The notes under the pieces were generated by a model. It was not told the origin of the DNA and ran no database searches. It saw only the letters and a list, made by a program, of their open reading frames with translations. Source: a virus (taxonomy: Duplodnaviria > Caudoviricetes). Taken from it: a DNA stretch of 50,254 nt. Every line of letters begins with the position of its first letter. The stretch's first letter is position 1. The stretch spans positions 1-50,254 of the IMG/VR virus record IMGVR_UViG_3300005613_000093, one strand, 5' to 3'. Below, in pieces: positions 7,262 to 16,431 of this stretch. The position numbers were made by a program, and so were the translations under genes.

Positions 7262-9104
7262 CAGCTTGATAAAGAGCGAAATATCTACACCATGTTCAAT
7301 AGATGACGTAAAAGAATGGTGTAAACACAACAAAATAAGAGGCATAGATACAGAAACTATTGGCAACTGTTGGGATGGGTATATTTTTACTCTTCAAATA
7401 GGTAATGCTGATACACAATTTGTTATTGACTGTACATATGCTAATATCCTAGACCTTAAAGAAGAACTAGAAGACCCTGAAGCTATTAACATTCTTCAGA
7501 ATAGTAAATATGACGATAAGTTCTTCTTTGCTAAAGGAATAAAACTAGGATACATTTGGGATACTTTTTTAGCAGAATGCATCTTAACTACTGGATATGA
7601 AAATAGACAGCTTAGGCTTGACTATGTAGTATCTAAATACTGTGGAGATAAGTACCAGTTAGATAAATCAGTAAGAGGTAAAATTAACTGGGCAGGATTA
7701 ACAGATGATGTTATTAAGTATGCTGCTTATGATGTTATTGCTTTGGAAGAAGTAATGAATAAACAAAAAGCAGAACTTGAGAGATTAGATTTAATGCCTG
7801 TAGCTGATTTAGAGTTTTCTTGTTCTAGAATATTTGCTGAAATGGAATATGTAGGCATGAAACTAGATGTTAATAAATGGCTAGAGCAAGCTAATGATAG
7901 AGAAAAAAATGCAGATAGATTTGAGAAAGCTCTAAATGAATACATTCTAGATAATCCAGACAAGTATAATAACTTTATAGATAGACAGTTAAACTTATTT
8001 GAACCAGGATTTAAGACAAATATTACATGGTCTTCTCCTAAACAAGTGCTTGATGTACTACTATCTTCTGGTATTAAAGTAGATTCTGTTAATGAAAAGA
8101 TTATTGAAAAGTACAAGGCTAAACATTCAATAGTATCTCTTTACCTAGACTATAAAGAAAATCAAACTGCAATAAGCAAATTTGGTAAAGAGTATCTTAA
8201 GTGGATAGTTCCTGAAACTAAAGCTATACATACCTCTTATTGGCAAATTCTTGCTACTGGTAGAGTGTCTTCAGGTATGAAAGATGAAGCACCTAATATG
8301 CAACAACTTCCTGCTTTAAATGAGGTAAGAAATTGTTTTATAGCTAGAGATGGTTATAGTTATGTAGACTGTGACTACTCTGCTATGGAACTTGTAATTG
8401 CTGGTTGTGTAAGTGGTGAAGAGTCTTGGGTAGAAGCATTTAATAATGGATTAGATTTACATTCTGTAGTAGCTGAAGCAGTGTATAAAGACAAATGGGT
8501 AAACTCTGCTGAAGAAAACTGTGAGTACATGAAATCTAAACAAAAATGCGATTGTAAAGAGCATAAAGGAATGAGAACTAAAATCAAAACTTTAAACTAT
8601 TTAGCTCTTTATGGTGGTGGTCCACAAAAGTTAAGTGACTCTATTAATATTCCATTAGCAGAAGCTAAAGAAATTATTAGCACTTATTTTAAAGGATTGC
8701 CTAAGCTTACTGGATTTTTAAATATGCTAAAAACATATGGTAAAAGGAACTTAATGATTAGAACTAAACCTCCATATCGTAGAATTAGATTTTTTGAAAA
8801 TCCACAAGATGACCCTGCTGTATATTCTCAAATTGAAAGACAAAGTGGTAACACCTACATTCAGGGCACTGGTGCTAATATAACTAAGCTATCTATGGTT
8901 AAAATGCATGAAGAAAGACTTAAGCATAACATTGATGTTAAGTTTGTTTTACAATTGCATGATGCTATAGTATGTGAAGTTAAAGATGAACAAGCTGATG
9001 AGTGGTTTAATATCCAAAAACAATGTATGATAGATGCTTTTAAAGAAGTTATAGGCTATCCTATTGATGTTGATGGGTATATAGCTAAACATTGGAAAAA
9101 ATAA
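7239..9104 (+). CDS. polA: Family A DNA polymerase with 3'-5' exonuclease
   Basis: ExoI DTET, ExoIII YAAYD, TGRVSS, PNMQQLP, motif A DYSAMEL, motif B RTKIKTLNYLALYG, motif C LHDAI. Confidence 0.95.
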   Translation: MIYLVSNNSLIKSEISTPCSIDDVKEWCKHNKIRGIDTETIGNCWDGYIFTLQIGNADTQFVIDCTYANILDLKEELEDPEAINILQNSKYDDKFFFAKGIKLGYIWDTFLAECILTTGYENRQLRLDYVVSKYCGDKYQLDKSVRGKINWAGLTDDVIKYAAYDVIALEEVMNKQKAELERLDLMPVADLEFSCSRIFAEMEYVGMKLDVNKWLEQANDREKNADRFEKALNEYILDNPDKYNNFIDRQLNLFEPGFKTNITWSSPKQVLDVLLSSGIKVDSVNEKIIEKYKAKHSIVSLYLDYKENQTAISKFGKEYLKWIVPETKAIHTSYWQILATGRVSSGMKDEAPNMQQLPALNEVRNCFIARDGYSYVDCDYSAMELVIAGCVSGEESWVEAFNNGLDLHSVVAEAVYKDKWVNSAEENCEYMKSKQKCDCKEHKGMRTKIKTLNYLALYGGGPQKLSDSINIPLAEAKEIISTYFKGLPKLTGFLNMLKTYGKRNLMIRTKPPYRRIRFFENPQDDPAVYSQIERQSGNTYIQGTGANITKLSMVKMHEERLKHNIDVKFVLQLHDAIVCEVKDEQADEWFNIQKQCMIDAFKEVIGYPIDVDGYIAKHWKK

Positions 9105-9112
9105 ACTAAATC

Positions 9113-9313
9113 ATGGCAGATATCACAATGTGCAAAAATGAGAGTTGTCCACTCAAACTCTCATGTTATAGGCATTTGGCTCAGCCAAATGACTTGTTAC
9201 AATCATATGCAAAATTTGAGTGGGAAAAAGATGAAAATGGGGTAATAAGTTGCCCTGGATTTTGGAAATTTAATATAGAAAAACATGACGCAAGAACAAA
9301 AAGAACTAATTAG
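9113..9313 (+). CDS. Small Cys-rich phage protein (MADITMC-x4-CP-x4-CYR)
   Basis: Cys pattern suggests metal binding. Confidence 0.7.
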   Translation: MADITMCKNESCPLKLSCYRHLAQPNDLLQSYAKFEWEKDENGVISCPGFWKFNIEKHDARTKRTN

Positions 9314-9662
9314 AAATACACTTACTAGACTAAAAAATGAAGGTTATGTAGGTGTGTCTTTATGTTTTGATGGTAGTGGTGATGATGGCAGTTTTAATTA
9401 TTCTTCTGTATTTAGAACTGATGATGGTTTTGATATAGATGATGATTATTCTGATGGCTATAATAATGACGCAGATGAATTATTTTCTCTTGGTTATGAA
9501 GCAGTAGCATCTACAGATCATGATTGGTATAATAATGATGGTGGATATGGTTGTGTAAATATTTGCTTGTTAACAGGTAATATTAAAGTTCATATGAATA
9601 TTCGTGTGACTGATACAAATTATTATGGATTTGATTATCAAGCTAAAGAATTTACAAGATGA
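9285..9662 (+). CDS. Acidic hypothetical protein (DUF6878-like)
   Basis: FDGSGDDG and DWYNNDGGYG motifs; family name recalled, not searched. Confidence 0.6.
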   Translation: MTQEQKELIRNTLTRLKNEGYVGVSLCFDGSGDDGSFNYSSVFRTDDGFDIDDDYSDGYNNDADELFSLGYEAVASTDHDWYNNDGGYGCVNICLLTGNIKVHMNIRVTDTNYYGFDYQAKEFTR

Positions 9663-10027
9663 GTCCATTAAAACATTCAGAACTATCAGTTAAAAAATTT
9701 GGAGGAGAATACACAGATTATTTACCTATCCATGAATTTCTAGATATGACTAAAACACACTATGTTGGTTATCAACATAGAGCTATATTACATAATACTT
9801 TTGGTATTTATATATGTGAAAAAGTGTTTGGTGCATTTATAGTAAATTCAGAAGGAAAGAAAATAGAAACTAGATACATTGTTATTAATCACATCAAAGA
9901 AGATCTAGGTTTTGTGCCTACCATAGAACAATGGGTAGGTTGTTTACCTTTTAAACCTTGGATGGGAGGCCAAACTGTAAGCCAAACTACAAATACAAAA
10001 CTCAATCTTGAAGAAATTTTAAAATGA
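9659..10027 (+). CDS. His-rich hypothetical protein (DUF6915-like)
   Basis: SVKKFGG..DYLPIHEFLD..K, HRAILH..FGI, NSEGK, HIKEDLG; family name recalled, not searched. Confidence 0.65.
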   Translation: MSPLKHSELSVKKFGGEYTDYLPIHEFLDMTKTHYVGYQHRAILHNTFGIYICEKVFGAFIVNSEGKKIETRYIVINHIKEDLGFVPTIEQWVGCLPFKPWMGGQTVSQTTNTKLNLEEILK

Positions 10028-11139
10028 CAAAAGATGAAATACAACATTTAGCAAAACAGACTTTTTTAACTCATAAAAGAGGCATATTACATATTTCAAT
10101 GGGTGTTGGTAAAACTAAAATCGGAATAGATTTAATAGAAAACTCCCATCAGAAAATACTTGTAGTAGCACCATTTACATCAGTTTTAGATTCTTGGAAA
10201 GAAGAATTTATTAAATGGGGTAAATCAGATAGTAATGTTGTATATACCACTACAGCTTCCTTGGGGAAACACACTAAGAATACATTTGATTTAGTAATAT
10301 TAGATGAAATTCATCTGTATTCTACTAATCAATTATCTAAGGTACCTGCAGGGCCATTATTAGGCCTTACAGGTACTCTTAGTGATAATTCTAAAGCTGT
10401 AATTAAAGAGCAACTAAACCTTGATGTTATATATTCATATGATATTGAGAGAGCTATTAGAGATGGTATCATTGCTGATTATAGAGTTAAAGTTGTAGAG
10501 GTCTCTCTTGATGATACACACAAGTATATCGAAGGAGGAACTAAACTAAAGCCCTTTTTAACTACAGAAAAGGCACAATACGATTATCTAACAAAGCAGT
10601 TTAATCAAATTAAATTTGCAGAATGGAATGCCATAGGTGCTGATAAAAGAAAGTATGCTCTAATTAAAATGCAGTTTGCATCCAAGAGAGCAAAGCTAAT
10701 CTATTCTTGCAAAAGTAAAATTGATGCTGCAAATAGGATAATTTCTAAGCATTCTAACGATAGAATTCTTATCTTTACAACATTAACAGATAGTGCTAAT
10801 CAACTCTCTGAACACCAATACCATTCAAAAGCTGATAAGAAAAACCTAGACAGGTTTTCTGATGGAGAAATTGATAGACTAGCAGTAGTCAATATGGCAA
10901 ATGTAGGCTTGAATATTAAGCCTCTACACAGAGCTGTAGTTCATCAATTTCAAAGCTCAGAAGAAACAGCTCAACAAAGAATGGGTAGGTTACTTAGACT
11001 GGAGTATAACAATCCAGAAAAGATTGCAGAGATTCATGTAGTATGTGCTGTTAATACTGTAGATGAGGATTGGGTTAAGAGTGCTTTAAAAAATGTTCCT
11101 AGGTCTAAATTAGAATACATACACTATAAAAATTTATGA
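10024..11139 (+). CDS. Superfamily 2 (DExH) helicase
   Basis: Walker A MGVGKT, LDEIH, LTGT, motif VI QRMGRLLR. Confidence 0.92.
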   Translation: MTKDEIQHLAKQTFLTHKRGILHISMGVGKTKIGIDLIENSHQKILVVAPFTSVLDSWKEEFIKWGKSDSNVVYTTTASLGKHTKNTFDLVILDEIHLYSTNQLSKVPAGPLLGLTGTLSDNSKAVIKEQLNLDVIYSYDIERAIRDGIIADYRVKVVEVSLDDTHKYIEGGTKLKPFLTTEKAQYDYLTKQFNQIKFAEWNAIGADKRKYALIKMQFASKRAKLIYSCKSKIDAANRIISKHSNDRILIFTTLTDSANQLSEHQYHSKADKKNLDRFSDGEIDRLAVVNMANVGLNIKPLHRAVVHQFQSSEETAQQRMGRLLRLEYNNPEKIAEIHVVCAVNTVDEDWVKSALKNVPRSKLEYIHYKNL

Positions 11140-11393
11140 TGGAACAAGTAATAAATAAGCAAGTAGATAACTTGCTAACAGACGATGAAGTTCTTTTCTT
11201 CTATAAGATAGTAGAAGTAGATATGACACAAGAAGAAAGACAAGACCCTAACACATATGTAGAAAAGATTAATGCCTTATCTAGACCTAAAAGAACCACC
11301 ACAGACCAAGTAATTTGTGTTATACCTGCTTTTATACTTCAAATGGAAGAAGAGGATGCAAGATTAAAGTATAAAAACATGGGAATCTTATGA
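11136..11393 (+). CDS. Hypothetical protein, 85 aa
   Basis: ATGA coupling with the helicase gene. Confidence 0.65.
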   Translation: MMEQVINKQVDNLLTDDEVLFFYKIVEVDMTQEERQDPNTYVEKINALSRPKRTTTDQVICVIPAFILQMEEEDARLKYKNMGIL

Positions 11394-11566
11394 TGACAAT
11401 TTTAGTAATTGTTTTGTTAATTGTAAGCTATATGGCTATAACAATGCATAGTGTTTCATTAGTAGATGATGGAAAATACGTGAAAATTGTATGGGTGTCA
11501 GAAAAGATTAATACTGATGGAATGCCTTATACAAGAGTAAACTCAATCATTATATGGAAATACTAG
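11390..11566 (+). CDS. Small membrane protein, 58 aa (MMTILVIVLLIVSYMAITM...), absent from the ORF track
   Basis: ATGA overlap, N-terminal hydrophobic helix, fills the intergenic gap exactly. Confidence 0.65.
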   Translation: MMTILVIVLLIVSYMAITMHSVSLVDDGKYVKIVWVSEKINTDGMPYTRVNSIIIWKY

Positions 11567-12000
11567 AAGTTGTAGAACTATTAAACAAAATGCAAGATGA
11601 GGGCTATATTAAAGTCCTAAACTGGGAAACCAGAGAACTAATCCTTTTACCTAAAACAGAAACTAAAGTAGTCCATCCTGTTGATGAATGGATTGATGCT
11701 TATAGAAATATGTTTAAAGGTAAAAAACCTGGTGCTATGGGTGATAGAAATGCCTGTATTGTTAAGATGAAAGAGCTGTTTTTGAGAAGACCAGATTTAA
11801 CCCAAGAAAAAGTTCTTAGGGCCACTGAAAAGTACATTCAAGTAGAGTCTAATCAAAGATGGAAATATCTTATGCAAGCAGATTATTTTATCTCCAAGAA
11901 CCAAGGTAATACCAGAGATGGTAGGGTATCTAAGCTTGAAGCTTATTGTGATGAGCTAGATACCAATGAACCTCAAAATTCTTTTATACATGATATTTGA
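11554..12000 (+). CDS. Putative replication organiser / helicase-loader-like protein
   Basis: Directly upstream of the DnaB-like helicase; helical C-terminus (VLRATEKYI...YLMQADYFI); function inferred from position. Confidence 0.45.
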   Translation: MEILEVVELLNKMQDEGYIKVLNWETRELILLPKTETKVVHPVDEWIDAYRNMFKGKKPGAMGDRNACIVKMKELFLRRPDLTQEKVLRATEKYIQVESNQRWKYLMQADYFISKNQGNTRDGRVSKLEAYCDELDTNEPQNSFIHDI

Positions 12001-13096
12001 TAGAGCATTAAGTAGAATTAGGGATAATATGCATAATGAGCATAACTGCATCCCTTGGGGTTTACCTAGATTTGAGAATGTAGTGCCAGGCATTATGCAA
12101 AAAAAGTATTATCTTATTACGGCAAATTCTGGTGTAGGTAAAACTCAGTTTACTGATGCTTTCTTTATGTATAGACCTATAGATTTTATTCTTAATTCTC
12201 AAACAGACATTAAGCTTAAAATCTTTTACTACTCATTAGAGGTTGATAAAGAATCTAAGATTATTCAAGGTATTGCTAAGAAGATATACTATGATTACAA
12301 TATGGTAATCCCATTCAATAAAATCCTATCTATGAATAAACATAGGATTTCTGAAGAGGAATACTCTATCATAGCATCTACTAAGGAATACTTTGAAAAG
12401 CTAGAGGATTTTGTGTATATCTATGATAGCACTATAAATCCTTACGGTATCTTTAAGCAAATGCTAGATTATGCTAAATCACATGGCACTATCCACAAGA
12501 AACTAATAACAAAGAAAGTGCGAGATGAGAGTACTGGAGAAATTAGAGAAGAAGAAGTAGAGATATTTGACTACTATACTCCTAATAATCCTAAAGAGTA
12601 TGTTATTATTATTGTGGACCATGCTGCACTATTAAATTCTGAGCAAGGATTAAGTATCAAAGGCACTATAGAAAAGCATAGTAACAATATGGTACAGCTT
12701 AGAAATAACTTTGGATTTACTCCTGTGCTTATCCAGCAACAAGCAGCTGCTATGGAGGAATTAGATACTTATAGAGGTCAAACTTTAGAATCTAAATTAA
12801 TTCCTAGCTTATATGGTTTGGGTGAGACTAAACTAACTGGTAGAGATGCTGATATTGCACTAGGAATTTTTAGCCCTGCTAGGTATGAATTAGATGTATT
12901 TCGGAACTATAAAATTTCTTTATTACAAGATAATTTCCGATCTTTACATGTGCTGAAATACCGTAGTGGCAGTCCAAATGGTGTAGTAGGTATGTATTTT
13001 AATGGTGCTACAAACTACTTTGAAGAGTTACCTAAACCAGGTGACCCTAAACTTGAAGAAATTTACAGAAAACAGCATGAAAAACTTAAAGCGTAA
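11990..13096 (+). CDS. dnaB: DnaB-like replicative helicase
   Basis: Walker A ANSGVGKT, YSLE, IIIVDH, RDADIALGI, LKYRSG; start revised to MIFDRAL. Confidence 0.85.
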   Translation: MIFDRALSRIRDNMHNEHNCIPWGLPRFENVVPGIMQKKYYLITANSGVGKTQFTDAFFMYRPIDFILNSQTDIKLKIFYYSLEVDKESKIIQGIAKKIYYDYNMVIPFNKILSMNKHRISEEEYSIIASTKEYFEKLEDFVYIYDSTINPYGIFKQMLDYAKSHGTIHKKLITKKVRDESTGEIREEEVEIFDYYTPNNPKEYVIIIVDHAALLNSEQGLSIKGTIEKHSNNMVQLRNNFGFTPVLIQQQAAAMEELDTYRGQTLESKLIPSLYGLGETKLTGRDADIALGIFSPARYELDVFRNYKISLLQDNFRSLHVLKYRSGSPNGVVGMYFNGATNYFEELPKPGDPKLEEIYRKQHEKLKA

Positions 13097-13238
13097 TACC
13101 GTAGAACAAGATATAGTAGATTTTATAGAAAGAGGTGGACCAACTATAACACATAAAAGTATTATGGAAAGGTTTAATGTTACCTTAGACTATATTAAAT
13201 CACTTATCTGGAGATTAAAAAGAAAATATCGTAACTAA
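13077..13238 (+). CDS. Small basic HTH-like protein, 53 aa
   Basis: ITHKSIMERFNVTLDYIKSLIWRLKRK; start revised to ATG 13077. Confidence 0.55.
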   Translation: MKNLKRNTVEQDIVDFIERGGPTITHKSIMERFNVTLDYIKSLIWRLKRKYRN

Positions 13239-13250
13239 ATCAACAATTAT

Positions 13251-13928
13251 ATGAGTACACTTGTAGGTATTGTAGGTCAAAGTGGGACAGGTAAGTCCAC
13301 TTCGATTGAAACCCTAAACCCCAAAGAAACTGTAATTATCAATGTTTCTAACAAGCCACTGCCATTCAAAGGATGGAAGAGTAATTACACTCAAGGCAAA
13401 TTATCTGAAGGTGCTAACTATATCTCAACAGATGTAGCAGCAACTATAGTTCAAGCTCTTAAGTATATTAGCGATAATAGACCAGAGATTAAATATGTCA
13501 TCATTGATGACCTTCAGTACTTAATGTCTTTTGAGTTTATGGCTAAGGCTAAAGAGAAAGGCTTTGAGAAATTTACAGACATTGGTAAGAATACTTTTGA
13601 TGTATTGAATGCAAGTCGTCAGCTTAGGGATGACTTAATCATTTTTGCAATATATCATGAGGAAAGTACCAGTGAAAACTTTAATCCTAAACGGAAAATT
13701 AAAACCATAGGTAAACTCCTAGATGATAAAATCACTTTAGAGGGTTTGTTTACCATAGTTTTCTTTACTGAAGTTAAGATTGAAGAAGACCAGAAGCCAC
13801 ATTATTATTTTGTAACTCAAACTGATGGTGTGACTACTGCAAAAAGTCCAAGAGGAATGTTTGATGAGCTTCTCATTCCTAATGACTTATCCTTTGTGTC
13901 CACAAAAATTAACGAATATTACAACTAA
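13251..13928 (+). CDS. AAA-family ATPase (AAA_24 / Sak4-like phage recombination ATPase)
   Basis: GQSGTGKST, VIIDD, TTAKSPRGMF. Confidence 0.85.
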   Translation: MSTLVGIVGQSGTGKSTSIETLNPKETVIINVSNKPLPFKGWKSNYTQGKLSEGANYISTDVAATIVQALKYISDNRPEIKYVIIDDLQYLMSFEFMAKAKEKGFEKFTDIGKNTFDVLNASRQLRDDLIIFAIYHEESTSENFNPKRKIKTIGKLLDDKITLEGLFTIVFFTEVKIEEDQKPHYYFVTQTDGVTTAKSPRGMFDELLIPNDLSFVSTKINEYYN

Positions 13929-13933
13929 TTAGT

Positions 13934-14272
13934 ATGAAACAAATTCCTATTAGTACTAGAGACTTGAAAATCTGGTATGTGCTGGACTGTATGTCAGCAG
14001 ATGAAATCGCAGTAAAAATTAACAATACCTATGGTATTAACTGCAGTGGTGATGATGTAGTAACTTTACTCAGAGAGAGAAAAGTTCAAACAAGAAATAT
14101 CAAGAGAACTGCAGCTACTTTTCAGTTTGTAGACCCTGATATGGTTGTAGAAGAAGCTTGTGCTGCTTATAGTGCTGAGCCTTCTGAGCCTGAAACAGCT
14201 GATATTAGCACATTACAACATGCAGGTATTCCTCAATATGAAATATCTGATATTTCTTCAGCAAGTATCTAA
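13934..14272 (+). CDS. Hypothetical protein, possible N-terminal HTH
   Basis: ORF; MSADEIAVKIN segment. Confidence 0.6.
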   Translation: MKQIPISTRDLKIWYVLDCMSADEIAVKINNTYGINCSGDDVVTLLRERKVQTRNIKRTAATFQFVDPDMVVEEACAAYSAEPSEPETADISTLQHAGIPQYEISDISSASI

Positions 14273-14300
14273 GTATTAACCCTTTTAATTTAAAACAAAT

Positions 14301-14876
14301 ATGATTAATCTAAATGACAACTCCTTTGATGGAGGTAGTAGTGTTCAAATTTTCAATGATGGTGTAGCAGGTCTAGTAAGAAATGTAAGACTAGACAGAA
14401 TTGAAGCTAAAGCTGCTGGTGACCAAGCATCTGCTCCTGATTATAAGCTTTTCTTTAAAGATTCTAATGGAGCAGAAATCAACATGGCTTTCTGGTATCT
14501 TGACCAAAACAGAGATACTTTTGCTAAAGACCTAGAAAAACAAGGTAAGGCTCTTAAACACCTTATCCATTGCTATCTAGGGGAAGAGTATCAATTCCCT
14601 GCTTTTAATTCTCCTAAAGAACTTCTTGATGGCTGTATGAAAATTATTCAGCCTAAGATTGCTGCTATGGTAAGAGTATATTGCACTTATGGTACTACTT
14701 TGTATCCTAAGAAATATATTCAAGTTAGAAGCTATGTTCCTTTCATTGAATCAGAACTAGTTCCTGTAAGTGATACTCGCCTAAAAGCTAATAAGATTGA
14801 CCAGATGGCTAGACTAGAAGAGGATACTCCTATTATGTCTGCTGGTGATTTTACAGCTTCAAGTGACGTTATCTAA
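14301..14876 (+). CDS. Putative single-stranded DNA-binding protein
   Basis: Lies between the ATPase and primase, beta-rich core, acidic tail, followed by a terminator; function inferred. Confidence 0.55.
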   Translation: MINLNDNSFDGGSSVQIFNDGVAGLVRNVRLDRIEAKAAGDQASAPDYKLFFKDSNGAEINMAFWYLDQNRDTFAKDLEKQGKALKHLIHCYLGEEYQFPAFNSPKELLDGCMKIIQPKIAAMVRVYCTYGTTLYPKKYIQVRSYVPFIESELVPVSDTRLKANKIDQMARLEEDTPIMSAGDFTASSDVI

Positions 14877-14901
14877 TTATTAGATGTAACTTTGTAATAA
14901 T

Positions 14902-14927
14902 GGGGGCCTAATAAGCCCCCTTTATTA
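14902..14927 (+). terminator. Rho-independent terminator
   Basis: GGGGGC-CTAATAA-GCCCCC followed by TTTATT. Confidence 0.75.
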
Positions 14928-14929
14928 TC

Positions 14930-15943
14930 ATGATTAATCTCAACAATTTAGATTACAATTTACTCTCCTCTGAACTTATATTAGAAAAAGTATCAGAGTA
15001 TCAAATCTTTGCATTTTATATACCTAAATTGCAGTTAAATACTGCTACATCTAGTCCTCTAAGGGATGATGATGTACCATCATTTAGTGTATTTTATGCT
15101 AGCTCTCTGGATAAATTACTATTCAGAGATTTTGCTACTAAAGAAAAGGGTGATTGTTTTGTATTTGTTTCTAGATTATTTGGTTTAGATTACTATGGAG
15201 CTTTACAAAAAGTAGCTAATGATTTTGGTCTTATAGAGAATGATATTGTGGGCAGAAAAAAGAAAAAAATTAAAATACCAAAAAACATTAACTACAAAGA
15301 AAAAAGTAGGACACATATAGGAATTAAAATCCAGGAATTTACACTTAGAGATTTACACTTTTGGAATTCATTTGGGGTAAGCAAAGCTACACTAAACAAG
15401 TATAATGTGTTTAGCTGTAAATATGTATTCTTAAATAATTCTATTATAGCTGTAGATAATATTGTAAATCCAGCATATGCCTACTTAGAAAGCAAAGATG
15501 GTATCTATACATATAAAATTTATCAACCTTTTAACAAAAATCAAAGATTTATATCCAACGTAGATAAATCTGTATGGCAGGGATGGACACAACTGCCTAA
15601 AGAAGGTGAAAAGCTCATAATCACTAAATCTTTGAAAGATGTTATGGCAATTACAGAACAGGTAAAGATACCTGCTGTATCTCTTCAAGCTGAAACAACT
15701 GACCCTAAGCCTCATATTGTTAAACAGCTGAAGAAAAGGTTTGATAAAGTGTATCTTCTATATGATAATGACTTTAATAAGGAAGTAAACTGGGGTAGAA
15801 AATACGGAAGTGAGATAGCTTCTAAATTTAAGCTTCATCAAATAGAAATACCTAGTGAATACAAGTCAAAAGACTTTTCTGACCTAGTAAAAAACCATGG
15901 AAGAAACTCTTCCATTTCATTAATTAATTCCCTAATTTTTTAA
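14930..15943 (+). CDS. dnaG: DNA primase (DnaG-like TOPRIM)
   Basis: Degenerate zinc-ribbon SPLRDDDVPSF...KGDCFVFV, TOPRIM IITKSLKDVM and LYDND, C-terminal KDFSD. Confidence 0.85.
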   Translation: MINLNNLDYNLLSSELILEKVSEYQIFAFYIPKLQLNTATSSPLRDDDVPSFSVFYASSLDKLLFRDFATKEKGDCFVFVSRLFGLDYYGALQKVANDFGLIENDIVGRKKKKIKIPKNINYKEKSRTHIGIKIQEFTLRDLHFWNSFGVSKATLNKYNVFSCKYVFLNNSIIAVDNIVNPAYAYLESKDGIYTYKIYQPFNKNQRFISNVDKSVWQGWTQLPKEGEKLIITKSLKDVMAITEQVKIPAVSLQAETTDPKPHIVKQLKKRFDKVYLLYDNDFNKEVNWGRKYGSEIASKFKLHQIEIPSEYKSKDFSDLVKNHGRNSSISLINSLIF

Positions 15944-15960
15944 ACAACTAAATTTAATTT

Positions 15961-16356
15961 ATGCGTACTATTCGTGTTATCTCAACTCAATCTGACCGTG
16001 CTCAATCTGTAGAATCTGCTGCTTCTACTTGGGGTGAACTTCAATCTGCTTTATCTGGAATTATCAACAATGTTAATGACATGAAAGCTATTGTTCGTGA
16101 AACTCGTGTATCTTTGGAATCTTCAGAAGCTCAACTGCCTGAAGGTAACTTTACTGTTATCTTAAGCATGAAGAAAATTGCTTCTGGTAACGAAACTCGT
16201 TACAGTGATTCTCAGCTAAAAGAATTGAGAACTAAATTGAACAATTTGTTCAATGACCTTCTTGATGAAGATGAGGATGAAACTCCTGCTAACGGTATTT
16301 CTGCTGAAGAAGACAGAGATATTGCTAGATTGCGTGAGCAAGGTTTAATTTCCTAA
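15961..16356 (+). CDS. Putative ubiquitin-like (beta-grasp) protein with C-terminal extension after Gly76
   Basis: Beta-beta-alpha-beta-beta pattern (RTIRVIS / QSVES / TWGELQSAL / KAIV / LPEGNFTVILS) ending KKIASG76; first gene of an E2-JAB-E1 run. Confidence 0.7.
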   Translation: MRTIRVISTQSDRAQSVESAASTWGELQSALSGIINNVNDMKAIVRETRVSLESSEAQLPEGNFTVILSMKKIASGNETRYSDSQLKELRTKLNNLFNDLLDEDEDETPANGISAEEDRDIARLREQGLIS

Positions 16357-16380
16357 GTAGCTATGCTATGATTTAAGAAT

Positions 16381-16415
16381 AGGGTAGGGATTAATTTCCC
16401 TACCCTTTCTTATTT
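16381..16415 (+). terminator. Rho-independent terminator/attenuator between the Ubl and E2 genes
   Basis: AGGGTAGGGA-TTAATT-TCCCTACCCT, perfect 10-bp stem followed by TTCTTATTT. Confidence 0.8.
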
Positions 16416-16431
16416 ACCTAAATATAACCAT

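Noticed and set aside
14887-14894. TAACTTTG as a Bacteroidota -7 promoter element before primase
   Set aside because: No matching -33 TTTG at the right spacing, and a terminator hairpin follows immediately.
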